DNA of 63,166 nucleotides, the filler included, from Sphacelaria rigidula (Eukaryota): assembly GCA_964200075.2 (NCBI GenBank). It is 11 parts of 11 records of this genome, joined end to end, with 100 filler letters (N's around TTAATTAATTAA, not from the genome) between each part and the next. Parts side by side here need not be neighbours in the genome. Positions count along the whole stretch, not along the records: positions 57,516 to 63,166 come from CAXNAA020025557.1; 10 more parts are not named here. One strand, given 5' to 3'. This document shows positions 62,881-63,166 of the stretch, piece after piece; position 1 is the first letter of the stretch, and every line of letters begins with the position of its first letter. Made by a program: the position numbers and the translations under genes. Under the pieces are notes generated by a model that was given only the letters and a program-made list of their open reading frames with translations, searched no databases and was not told where the DNA came from.

Positions 62881-63094
62881 TTTTTTTTGTTTCCGTCCCG
62901 AGGAGAGAGGTAGGAACCCTTCACCGTGCACTTCGCCACTTCTAGTTTCGGACAGCGCCTTCGAGTACGCTCCATCTCACCGCCGCTTCGAACTCAGCCC
63001 TCAAGCTGAGTTGTCCGTAAAACGGTGCGCTGTACGAGTTGGCACCAAGGTGGAGGCGCCCCCCCCCCCCACCCACCCACCCACCAACCCAGAT

Positions 63095-63166
63095 TTTACC
63101 TGATTAAACCGAACGCAGGTTGCAGCTATCCTGAGGGAAATTTCGGAGGGAACCAGCTACTAGATG
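63095..63166 (-). rRNA. 28S (LSU) rRNA fragment, not a full gene
   Basis: Reverse complement CATCTAGTAGCTGGTTCCCTCCGAAATTTCCCTCAGGATAGCTG...TTTAATCAGGTAAA is a conserved eukaryotic LSU segment. Similarity stops after CAGGTAAA. Confidence 0.8.

Overview
This is eukaryotic, intron-rich, repeat-rich DNA, most likely from a brown alga (Phaeophyceae, stramenopile). That assignment is inferred from exon/intron style, gene families and repeat content, not from a database search. The window is not one locus. It is an artificial concatenation of 11 unrelated small scaffolds of 5652 or 5651 bp, joined by 100-bp N44-TTAATTAATTAA-N44 spacers, so no synteny can be inferred across spacers. By splicing exons by eye I can support fragments of: a CLU/Clueless TPR gene (4 exons), an iodothyronine-deiodinase-like thioredoxin-fold gene (2 exons joined by a probable GC-AG intron), a WD40 gene (5 phase-0 exons), an unknown gene (4 exons), a Cys-rich repeat protein with Kre9/Knh1-like Ig-fold units (3-4 exons), an acyltransferase-3 gene (2 exons), an ankyrin gene (2 exons), a rearranged coiled-coil pseudogene, and an intronless Spartin/senescence-domain gene. 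The rest is LINE (APE, RTE), Ty1/Copia, SINE and MITE/foldback sequence, plus a 28S rRNA fragment at the window end. The most interesting observations are the deiodinase-like gene, a LINE/SINE pair that share a 3' end and have poly(C) tails in C-tract sites, a 28S-headed retro-insert, and inverted exon duplications in a pseudogene.
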